Below, one piece after another: positions 45,168-53,562 of a DNA stretch of 64,000 nucleotides (its first letter is position 1; each line of letters begins with the position of its first letter). Position numbers and translations under genes: made by a program. The notes beneath the pieces are model-generated. The model did no database searches. It saw nothing but the letters and a program-made list of their open reading frames with translations, and was not told the origin of the DNA. The DNA is from Kiloniellales bacterium (lineage in GTDB: Bacteria; Pseudomonadota; Alphaproteobacteria; Kiloniellales; JAKSDN01). The stretch spans positions 69,138 through 133,137 of the forward strand of contig JASJEC010000003.1 in assembly GCA_030064845.1 (NCBI GenBank), written 5' to 3'.

Positions 45168-47593
45168 GCGAGGATGCTTCCTGGGTCCTGACCTACGAAG
45201 GCTTCGAGCCGGAGAAGGAGCGCCTGCGCGAGGCGCTCTGCACCCTCGGCAACGGCTACTTCTGCACGCGCGGCGCCGGCCCCTGGACGAGCGCCGACGA
45301 GATCCACTACCCGGGCACCTACGCCGCCGGCCTCTACAACCGCCTGCCGACCGAGATCGCCGGCCGGGAGATCGTCAACGAGGACCTGGTCAACCTGCCG
45401 AACTGGCTCTGCCTCGAGGTACGCCTCCACGACGAGAACGACTGGTTTGACCTCAGCCGGGTCGAGCTCCTCGACTACCGCCAGGAGCTCGACCTGAAAC
45501 GCGGGCTCCTGATCCGGCGCATCCGCTGCCGGGACCCGCAAGGCCGGGAAACACGCCTCAATCTCCAGCAGTTCGTCCACATGCAGCGGCGTCACCTCGC
45601 GGCCGTGCAACTGAGCCTCGTTCCGGAGAACTGGGCCGGCCGGATCCGGATACGCGCCGCGCTCGACGGCAGGGTCGAGAACAAGGGCGTCGCGCGATAC
45701 CGTTCCCTCAATTCGAAGCACCTCGAGCCGATCGAGAGCGCGGCCGACTCGGAAAGGATCCTGCTTCGCGTGCGCACCTCTCAGTCGCGGGTGGAGATCG
45801 TCCAGTGCGCGCGGACCCGGGTCTATATCGACGATTCGGAATGCGCCGCCGCCTGGCATCCGATCGAGGAGTCCGGCTACGTCGCCGAGGAGCTTGACTG
45901 CGAGGTCGAGGCCGGCCAACGCGTCCGGGTCGAGAAGACCGTGGCCCTGTGCACGTCGCGCGACCGCGGGATCTCGGAGAGCGGCCTCGCGGCGCGCAAG
46001 CAGCTCGCCCGGGCGGCCGGCTTCGCCCGGATGCTGGCCGAACACGCACAGGCCTGGGAAGGCTTGTGGCGCCGCTGCGACATCAAGCTCGTACCGGACT
46101 CGCACCCGCAGCTGGTGCTGCGGCTGCACGTCTTCCACATGCTCCAGACGGCCTCGCCGAACACGATCGATCTCGACACCGGGGTTCCGGCCCGGGGCCT
46201 GCACGGGGAAGCCTATCGGGGCCACATCTTCTGGGACGAGCTCTTCGTGCTGCCGTGGATGACCCTGCGGCTGCCCGACGTGACCCGCTCGTTCCTGCTC
46301 TACCGCTTCCGCCGCCTCGACGAGGCGCGCTGGAACGCGCGGGAAGCCGGGTTCCGCGGCGCCATGTTCCCGTGGCAGAGCGCGAGCGACGGCCGGGAGG
46401 AAACCCAGGAGATCCATCTCAATCCCAAATCGGGGCGCTGGATCGCCGACCGCTCGCGTCTGCAGCGCCACGTGAACGCGGCGATCGCCTACAATGTCTG
46501 GTTCTACGTCCAGGCGACCCAGGACCGCTCTTTCCTGTCCTTCTACGGCGCCGAGATGATCTTCGAGATCGCCCGCTTCTGGGCGAGCCTGGCGCGTTTC
46601 GATCCGAAACTCGACCGCTACGAGATCCGCGGCGTCATGGGCCCCGACGAGTACCACGACGGCTACCCCGGCAGCGACGAGCCGGGCCTCGCGAACAACG
46701 CCTATACCAACGTCATGGTCGCCTGGGTCTGCTGGCGCGCGCTCGACACGCTCGACATGTTGGACGAGGTGCGCCGCCAAGCCCTGCGCGACCGGCTGGG
46801 AATCACGGCGGAAGAGATCGAGACCTGGGACGCGATGAGCCGGAAGATGCGGCTCTTCATCGGGGACGACGGCGTCATCCGCCAGTTCGAGGGCTACGAC
46901 GAGCTGGCGGAGCTCGACTGGGACGACTACCGGCAGCGATACGGCAACATCCAACGTCTCGACCGGATCCTGGAAGCCGAAGGCGACGACCCCAACCGCT
47001 ACAAGCTCTCGAAGCAGGCTGACGTGCTCATGCTGCTCTACCTCTTCTCGGTCGGCGAGCTGCGGCGGCTGCTGGAGCGTCTCGGCTACCCGCTCGATGA
47101 CGAGGCGATCCGGCGCAACGTGGCCTACTACATGCCGCGCACCTCGGAGGGCTCTACCCTGAGCCGGATCGTCCACGCCTGGCTGCTCGCCCGGATCGAC
47201 CGCAACCGCTCATGGGACGTGTTCCGCGAGGCGCTCGAGAGCGATATCAGCGACGTCCAGGGCGGAACCACGGCCGAGGGCGTTCACCTGGGCGCCATGG
47301 GCGGGACAGTGGACATCATACAACGCTGCTATACCGGCCTCGAGGCGCGGGACGACGCTCTGTTCTTCCATCCCAACCTGCCGGAGCACATGCACTCGGT
47401 CAGCCAACGCTTCCGCTATCGCGGCCATTGGCTGGACGTCCGCGTCCATCGCGACGAGCTGGAGATCGAGGCGGCCAAAGGCCCGGCGGCGCCGGTGAAG
47501 ATCGGCTTCGACGGCGAAATCCATACGCTAGCAGGCGGCGATGCTCTTCGTATCAAGATCGGCGCGAGGCCAAAGAGCCAGGGAGACGATTGA
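45164..47593 (+). CDS. glycoside hydrolase family 65 (disaccharide phosphorylase-type) protein
   Basis: 809 aa. The ATG overlaps the upstream stop (ATGA). LREALCTLGNGYFCTRG N-terminus, and HIFWDELFVLPW and ADVLML segments typical of GH65 maltose/trehalose/kojibiose phosphorylases. Confidence 0.85.
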   Translation: MSEDASWVLTYEGFEPEKERLREALCTLGNGYFCTRGAGPWTSADEIHYPGTYAAGLYNRLPTEIAGREIVNEDLVNLPNWLCLEVRLHDENDWFDLSRVELLDYRQELDLKRGLLIRRIRCRDPQGRETRLNLQQFVHMQRRHLAAVQLSLVPENWAGRIRIRAALDGRVENKGVARYRSLNSKHLEPIESAADSERILLRVRTSQSRVEIVQCARTRVYIDDSECAAAWHPIEESGYVAEELDCEVEAGQRVRVEKTVALCTSRDRGISESGLAARKQLARAAGFARMLAEHAQAWEGLWRRCDIKLVPDSHPQLVLRLHVFHMLQTASPNTIDLDTGVPARGLHGEAYRGHIFWDELFVLPWMTLRLPDVTRSFLLYRFRRLDEARWNAREAGFRGAMFPWQSASDGREETQEIHLNPKSGRWIADRSRLQRHVNAAIAYNVWFYVQATQDRSFLSFYGAEMIFEIARFWASLARFDPKLDRYEIRGVMGPDEYHDGYPGSDEPGLANNAYTNVMVAWVCWRALDTLDMLDEVRRQALRDRLGITAEEIETWDAMSRKMRLFIGDDGVIRQFEGYDELAELDWDDYRQRYGNIQRLDRILEAEGDDPNRYKLSKQADVLMLLYLFSVGELRRLLERLGYPLDDEAIRRNVAYYMPRTSEGSTLSRIVHAWLLARIDRNRSWDVFREALESDISDVQGGTTAEGVHLGAMGGTVDIIQRCYTGLEARDDALFFHPNLPEHMHSVSQRFRYRGHWLDVRVHRDELEIEAAKGPAAPVKIGFDGEIHTLAGGDALRIKIGARPKSQGDD

Positions 47594-47603
47594 GGCACGC
47601 CGG

Positions 47604-49910
47604 TCAGAAGTACATTTTCGACTCTATGGTCTCCGGCGGCAGGCAGGTGCCGGTGTCGTTGCAGGCCTGGGCTTCCAGGCGCAACTCCACCGTCTTGCCC
47701 GCCGCCTCTTCGACGAAGCCGCCGGGCAGAGGCACGACGAGCCGCGCCCCGTGCTCGAAGACGCCGAGGGCGCCGAGGGGCGTCTGCAGCATCTTGGCGG
47801 CGGGGTAGACCGGCCCCGGCAGGACGTCGCCGCCGCTGATCGCCGCGTCCAGGCGGGTCGGCACCAGGAAGTCCAGGGTCACCGGGTTGGCGTTCACGTG
47901 CCACCCCTCGGCGATCCGCAGTTCCGCGATCAGCGCAAGGCCGCGCGCGGCCCCCTTCTCGCTCGCGTCGAGGCGCGTCGCCAGGCCGACCACCTCGGCC
48001 GATGCGCGCGGCGGCGCAGCGGCGCCTGGGGGCGGCACGGCGTGGAGCTCTTCGAGGGCCCAGAGCATGTAGGGCAGCGAGTCGGGCCGCGCGTCCAGAG
48101 CCGGCGCGAAGGCGCTCGCGATCTTGCGAGCCTGTAAAACGAAACGCGGCTCGCCCAGGGCCGCGAGGCGCGCGAGCGCGCGCAGCGCGAGACTGTTTCC
48201 GGCGGGCAGCGCGCCGTCCTCGGTATTGCGCGGGCGCACGACCAGTTCCTCGGCGCCGGACGCGACGTCCGCGAAGCCGCGGCCCCGCGGATCGTCGAAG
48301 CGCGCGATCATCCGCTCGGCCAAGCGGGCCGCCTCTGCGCGCCAGGAAGCATTGCCGCTAGCGCGATAGAGCGCCGTGAAGCCGAGGATCACGGCGGCGT
48401 AGTCTTCGAGATAGGCGGCAATCCTCGCCTGCCCGCCATTCGCCACGCGCAGCAGCCTCCCCTCGCCGTCGATCATCGTCCGCTGCAATGCCCATCCCGC
48501 GCGCGCCGCCTGGCGCAGGAAGTCCTCGCGCTCGAGCGCGACGCCGGCGTAGGCGAGCGCCTCGATCATGAGCCCGTTCCAGGCGGCGACCGACTTGTCG
48601 TCGCGAAACGGCGTCTGCCGCTTGCCGCGCGCGGCCAGCAGCGTATCCCGCAGCGCGGAGAGGCGCGCATCGAGCGCCGCGCCGGAGAGGCCGAGCGCCG
48701 CGAGGCGATCCGCCTCGCCGCCGCTTCGGTGCAGGACGTAGGCGCCGTGCAAGGGCGGCTCGCCGGAAGCGCCGTAGGCCGCGGCCACCAGGGCGTGATC
48801 CGACGCCGACAGAAGGCCGCGCAGCTCGTCGGCCCGCCACAGGTAGTAGGCCCCTTCCACGCCCTCGGTCTGCGAATCCTCGGCCGAATGGAACAGACCG
48901 GATGGGTCGGTCATGCGGCGCGCCACGTAACCGGCGATGCCTTCAGCGACCCGCCGGAACCCTTCCTCGCCGGTCAGGCTGTAGGCGCGGGCGAAGGCGT
49001 GCAGCAGCTGGGCATTGTCGTAGAGCATCTTCTCGAAGTGCGGGACCCGCCAGGCGCGGTCGACGGCGTAGCGGTGGAAGCCGCCGCCAAGGTGGTCGTG
49101 GATCCCGCCCCGGGCCATGCCCTCCAGCGTGCCGACCGCCATCTCGAGGGCCTCGTCGTGGCCGCCGCGCTCGTAGAGCGCCATGAGCATCTCGAGCACC
49201 GCCGGCCGCGGAAACTTCGGCGCCTGCTCGAAACCGCCGTAGTCCCGGTCGTAGTCCTTGGCATAGAGCGCGGCCGCCCGGGCGAGCAGCGCGCGATCGG
49301 GCAGCGTCTCGTCGGCAGACCGGCCCGGCAGGGCGTGGCTGCGGGCCAAGAGACGCAGGATCGAACGCGCATGCGCCCGGTAGCGCGCCTCATCCGTCGC
49401 CCAGCCGCGGCGAAAGGCCTCGAGGAGCTCGCGGAACTCCGGGTTCGGCAGGTATCCGGCGGCGAACAGCGGCTTGCGCTCCGGCGTCAGGATCACGGAA
49501 AGCGGCCAGCCGGTCTCGCCGCCGGTGAAGCGCCGCACCGACATGTAGAGCGAGTCGATGTCCGGCCGCTCTTCCCGGTCGACCATGACGGCGATGAAAT
49601 GGGCGTTGAGTAGCGCGGCGCTGGTCTCGTCGAAGAAGACCTCGCGCTCCATGACGTGGCACCAGTAGCAGGTGGCGTAGCCGACCGAGAGGAAGATGAG
49701 CTTGTTCTCCGCCCGCGCCCTGGCGAAGGCCTCCTCGCCCCAGGGATACCAGTCGACGGGATTGTCGGCGTGCTGCGCGAGATAGGCGCTGGCTTCCCCC
49801 GCGAGGCGGTTCTCCACCGGCCGTTCAGAGGCGGCGGCGAGCGGAAGCCCGCCGAAGATCGCGCCGGCGAGGAAAATCCCAACAAAACGCGCGTGCCCAA
49901 GACGCTTCAT
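47604..49910 (-). CDS. exported thioredoxin-domain (DUF255/YyaL-like, six-hairpin glycosidase-like body) protein with C-terminal DsbD-alpha-like domain
   Basis: ORF 47604..49961, whose first 17 codons lie in a repeat. ATG 49910 gives the signal-like [40 protein letters not shown]...[12 protein letters not shown] is the DUF255 CxxC motif. The C-terminal [11 protein letters not shown]...[12 protein letters not shown] resembles the DsbD N-terminal domain. Confidence 0.8.
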   Translation of the reverse strand: MKRLGHARFVGIFLAGAIFGGLPLAAASERPVENRLAGEASAYLAQHADNPVDWYPWGEEAFARARAENKLIFLSVGYATCYWCHVMEREVFFDETSAALLNAHFIAVMVDREERPDIDSLYMSVRRFTGGETGWPLSVILTPERKPLFAAGYLPNPEFRELLEAFRRGWATDEARYRAHARSILRLLARSHALPGRSADETLPDRALLARAAALYAKDYDRDYGGFEQAPKFPRPAVLEMLMALYERGGHDEALEMAVGTLEGMARGGIHDHLGGGFHRYAVDRAWRVPHFEKMLYDNAQLLHAFARAYSLTGEEGFRRVAEGIAGYVARRMTDPSGLFHSAEDSQTEGVEGAYYLWRADELRGLLSASDHALVAAAYGASGEPPLHGAYVLHRSGGEADRLAALGLSGAALDARLSALRDTLLAARGKRQTPFRDDKSVAAWNGLMIEALAYAGVALEREDFLRQAARAGWALQRTMIDGEGRLLRVANGGQARIAAYLEDYAAVILGFTALYRASGNASWRAEAARLAERMIARFDDPRGRGFADVASGAEELVVRPRNTEDGALPAGNSLALRALARLAALGEPRFVLQARKIASAFAPALDARPDSLPYMLWALEELHAVPPPGAAAPPRASAEVVGLATRLDASEKGAARGLALIAELRIAEGWHVNANPVTLDFLVPTRLDAAISGGDVLPGPVYPAAKMLQTPLGALGVFEHGARLVVPLPGGFVEEAAGKTVELRLEAQACNDTGTCLPPETIESKMYF

Positions 49911-49947
49911 TGCCTTGCAGAGCAGAGACCTAATGTTCGGCCCCTTC

Positions 49948-50090
49948 CTAGAGCGGATCATGTTTAGATGGAACCACTACGTGGTTGCCAACTGAACATG
50001 TGAATCCGCTCTACATCTAAGGTTTAGAGCAGATTCACCGGGCTTGATGGATCGCCTCCGGCGATCCAGTCAAACCCGGATCTGCTCTAG
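49948..50090 (+). repeat. family A double-hairpin repeat, copy 2
   Basis: CTAGAGCGGATCATG...GAATCCGCTCTA (hairpin 1) and TAGAGCAGATTCACC...GGATCTGCTCTAG (hairpin 2). I count 10 mismatches against copy 3 over 143 nt. Confidence 0.9.
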
Positions 50091-53000
50091 CGCTCCTCCG
50101 CTCCCCTTCCCTGCGTGATGACGTAGCGGCGGTTGGCCGCGAGAGGACCGACCTCTTCACTCTGCCCGTTCGGCCAGGTGATGGTCAGCCGGCCTTCGGT
50201 CGCGCCGCCGAGGCCGAAGTGCTGCTCGCGCGGGTGGACCGAGAGATAACCGATCGTGCCGTGCACCTCGCGCCAGACCTGCAGGCCCGGCTCTGCCCTC
50301 AGCACGAGTCTGGAACCGATGGCGTCACGGTTGCTGCCCAGCGCCGGGTCGCCGACCAGGCGGACCTTCAGCCAGTTCCTCCCCTGGGCTTCAAGCTCGT
50401 TGCGGTAGAGGACCGCCGCGCCGTGGTAGTTGTTCAGCACGACGTCGAGGTCGCCGTCGTTCTCGATGTCGAGATAGGCGGCGCTGCGCGAGTTGCCCGT
50501 GAGATCAGCGCCGCTCGCCTCGGAACGGTTCTGCAGCTTGCCGCCCTCGTTGACGAAGAACACGTTGGTCTCCCGCTGGGCTACCGGCAGGCTGATCTCC
50601 ATCTTCTCGTCGTGCACAGAGGTGTAGTAGGGCGTGTCGGAGTAGACGGCGTACTCATTCATGCCGTTCAGGCAGTAGAGGTCGTCGTCGCCGTCGTTGT
50701 CGAAGTCGAAGAAGTCCGCGTCCCAGGCCCAGCCGGTCGAGGACAGGCCGCGGGCCACGGCGTCCGAGAGACGGTAGCGCAGCAAGGTCCGGCCCTCGGC
50801 GACAGAGGTGAAGAGGTCGTTGGCCTCGACCACCCGCATGCGGGCCATGCTCACCGGATCGAAGTGCATCGGCGTCTCGGCGGAGGGCATCGTGTACTTG
50901 TCGTCCTTCGCCATGGTGACGATGTTCGAGATGTAGATGTCGGGAAAGAGGTCCCGGTTCACGTCGGCGATGCCGACGTTCATGGTGAAGGAGGGCTTGT
51001 CCGTGCCGAGCTTCGGGGCAATGTCCTCGAAGCGGCCGTTTCCCAGGTTGCGGTAGTAGCCGTTCACGCCGAAGTCGTTGCCGACGATCACGTCCTGCCA
51101 GCCGTCACCGTCCAGGTCCGTGTGGGAAGCCGCCTGGGTCCAGCCCCTGTTGTCGAGACCGCTGCCGGCCGTGACGTCCTTGAAGCGGAAGCCGCCGAGA
51201 TTGCGGAACAGCCTGTTGGGCAGCCCGTTGGTGTTGCGCCGGCTGAGCGTCGGCATGACGCCGTGAAGGTAGTCCCCGAAGTAGCCGATATAGAGGTCGA
51301 GCAGCCCGTCCCGGTCGTAGTCGAAGACCACGGCGGGGCCGCCGACGAGGCCGCCGCCGCCGAGGCCGGCCTCGGCGCTGACGTCCTGGAAGCGCCCGCC
51401 GCCAAGGCCCCGGTAGAGGCGATGGTCGTCGTTCACATAGGTGATGAGGATGTCCTGCAGACCGTCGTTGTCGAAATCGGCAATGACCGGCTGCCGCGCT
51501 TCGCCGGCGTGCCCGTCCGGACGGCGGAAGCTCAGGCCCGCCTCGGCCGAGATGTCGCGAAACGTGCCGTCACCACGGTTCAGGTAGAGCGCGTTCCCCA
51601 GACCGCCCACGAGCAGAACGTCGGCAAGACCGTCGTCGTCGATGTCCTCGGCCGCCACGCCGGCGCCGCCGAAGGCCGGAGGAATGGCGAGCGTGCCGAC
51701 ATTCGGGCCCTTGCGCAGATAGCTGCGCAACAGCCGGCTCAGCCAGTCCGCGGAACGGTGCTCGAAGGCGATGCCGGCCTCGGCCGTCACGTCGGTGAAG
51801 AAGGCCTTGCCGTGGGGTGTTTCGGCGCGCGCCAGGCTGGAGTGGATGCGCTGGGAGCGCGGCTCGACGGCCGGCGCCGAGGCGTGGGCATCGATGCGTC
51901 TCTGGATCTCCCGCAGTCCGCTCTCGAGGAAGGCCGAGGTAAGGGTCTCGGCCTTGGCTTCCTTTGCCTGGATCCCCGCCATGCGCAGTGCCAGCACGCC
52001 GAACTGCGCGACGCCCTCCACGATCAGCTCGGCCGCGAAGGGATCCGGCTCCAGCGTGACGTCGAGAGTCGGATGGTCCAGCGCGAATTGGAGGTAGTGC
52101 CAGTGAAGTCCGGAATCCCGGAAGGAATCGACGTCGTAGGATTCCAGGACCACCTGCTCGCCCGCGAGGCGCGGAAAGAAGATGACGTCCTCGTAGGCGT
52201 TGACCCGGAAGGGAATGAAGCGCTCGACGACCGGCTCGACGTCCTCGGCGCGGATGACGGCATGGCCGGCGGCTCGGGCCCGCTGGTCGGCCAGCCTCAG
52301 GGTATCGATGACGAAGGCCACCATGGTCTCCGTGAAAAAGCTCGTGAAGGCCTTCGCGGTCTCGGGGTCCTTCGGCCAGCGGTAGCGGGCGAAGTAGACC
52401 TGCAGGTTCCGGAGGAACACCGGCAGGGAGATCTCGTTGTAGGCCGCGTAGGAGGCGATCTTCTGGCGAACTACCGACTTGATGACGCCAAAGTCGCTGC
52501 GCGGCGGCGCGGCCGCGCCGCCCGCCACGGTCTCGACTTCCGCCGCGGCCGGCGCCGCGCCGACCTGGAGCCAGGCTGATCTGAGTCCATCCGCCGAGAT
52601 CTCTCGCCGATCCTCGGCTCGCGCCAGACGGTCGGCGAGCTGGAGCGTCGCCAGCGTGTGGAGGTTGAGCAGGTCCTCGAGCACGGCGACCGCCTCCTCG
52701 CTCAACGGCAGCAAACGCTGATCCGGGTCCAGAAGCTGCTCCTGTTCCACCGCCAGGACGGCACGCAGCGCATAGGCCACGCTGGAATAGTGCTCGTAGT
52801 CGCGGCGCGTGATGGGGAGCCGCGTACCGTCCGTGGCGATGACGAGATGGCCGCCCTCGGAAGTCGACTGAACGCTCAGATGCACAGCAGCGGCCGGCGC
52901 GATGTCGGCTTCGGCGACCGACTGGCGGCCGGCCTCGACGCCGCGTTCCGACGCCCTGCCCCACACGGCCCGGATGAGCTGCTTTTGCAGCACGATCTTC

Positions 53001-53218
53001 TCGTGCCGGGCCGCCGGGCTCAGCGGCGTGCCGTACATGAAGTTCTCCAGGCGCGTGGCCGTCGCGTGGCACTTGGGATCGCGGTCGCCTTCCAGGCTCT
53101 GGATCGCGTCGACGATCGACCTGACCGTCTCCGGCCCCGCTACGCTCGTTTGGTCGCCGGCAAGAGCGGGGGAAAAGGCACCCAAGAGGAGCGGCAAGAG
53201 AAGCCCGGCGGCCCTCAT
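50087..53218 (-). CDS. secreted CRTAC1-family protein (FG-GAP/VCBS repeats + ASPIC/UnbV C-terminus) with a long unassigned N-terminal region
   Basis: ORF 50087..53314. ATG 53218 gives the signal peptide MRAAGLLLPLLLGAFSPALAG. Repeated DxDxDGxxD loops (DIDDDGLADV, DFDNDGLQDI, DYDRDGLLDL, DLDGDGWQDV, DFDNDGDDDL, DIENDGDLDV). C-terminal NWLKVRLVG...NRDAIGSRL. Confidence 0.8.
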   Translation of the reverse strand: MRAAGLLLPLLLGAFSPALAGDQTSVAGPETVRSIVDAIQSLEGDRDPKCHATATRLENFMYGTPLSPAARHEKIVLQKQLIRAVWGRASERGVEAGRQSVAEADIAPAAAVHLSVQSTSEGGHLVIATDGTRLPITRRDYEHYSSVAYALRAVLAVEQEQLLDPDQRLLPLSEEAVAVLEDLLNLHTLATLQLADRLARAEDRREISADGLRSAWLQVGAAPAAAEVETVAGGAAAPPRSDFGVIKSVVRQKIASYAAYNEISLPVFLRNLQVYFARYRWPKDPETAKAFTSFFTETMVAFVIDTLRLADQRARAAGHAVIRAEDVEPVVERFIPFRVNAYEDVIFFPRLAGEQVVLESYDVDSFRDSGLHWHYLQFALDHPTLDVTLEPDPFAAELIVEGVAQFGVLALRMAGIQAKEAKAETLTSAFLESGLREIQRRIDAHASAPAVEPRSQRIHSSLARAETPHGKAFFTDVTAEAGIAFEHRSADWLSRLLRSYLRKGPNVGTLAIPPAFGGAGVAAEDIDDDGLADVLLVGGLGNALYLNRGDGTFRDISAEAGLSFRRPDGHAGEARQPVIADFDNDGLQDILITYVNDDHRLYRGLGGGRFQDVSAEAGLGGGGLVGGPAVVFDYDRDGLLDLYIGYFGDYLHGVMPTLSRRNTNGLPNRLFRNLGGFRFKDVTAGSGLDNRGWTQAASHTDLDGDGWQDVIVGNDFGVNGYYRNLGNGRFEDIAPKLGTDKPSFTMNVGIADVNRDLFPDIYISNIVTMAKDDKYTMPSAETPMHFDPVSMARMRVVEANDLFTSVAEGRTLLRYRLSDAVARGLSSTGWAWDADFFDFDNDGDDDLYCLNGMNEYAVYSDTPYYTSVHDEKMEISLPVAQRETNVFFVNEGGKLQNRSEASGADLTGNSRSAAYLDIENDGDLDVVLNNYHGAAVLYRNELEAQGRNWLKVRLVGDPALGSNRDAIGSRLVLRAEPGLQVWREVHGTIGYLSVHPREQHFGLGGATEGRLTITWPNGQSEEVGPLAANRRYVITQGRGAEER

Positions 53219-53562
53219 GTCGGGCACCGAGCCGAGCGATCCGGAACTCTCCGCCGAGCGGCGCCCGCCAAGCTCGCCTTCATGACCGCTAGACCTCTTC
53301 CTGCCTGCCCACAATTTCTTGGTTCATTACATGCCATCATTGCAAGTTCCGGAGGACCTATCAAAGGGAATCAAGTAACGGCCAGAGGAGCGACTGGGCC
53401 GACCCGCTTCTCGACGCTTTGGTTTCGTCACGACACCGATTCCGAGGGCTGCCGCGAGAATGTTGGTTTCGGCACTTCCCCCGAAAGTTGCTTTCTGTTA
53501 ACCTCAGAAAAAATATGGAATTAGGGGCATTATAGATGCCCCCTGCGGAGGGGTAGCAGCCT

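Noticed and set aside
45098-47176. 692-aa minus-strand ORF
   Set aside because: Antisense shadow of the GH65 gene.
50219-52579. 786-aa plus-strand ORF
   Set aside because: Antisense shadow of the CRTAC1-like gene, whose DxDxDG repeats identify the true frame.
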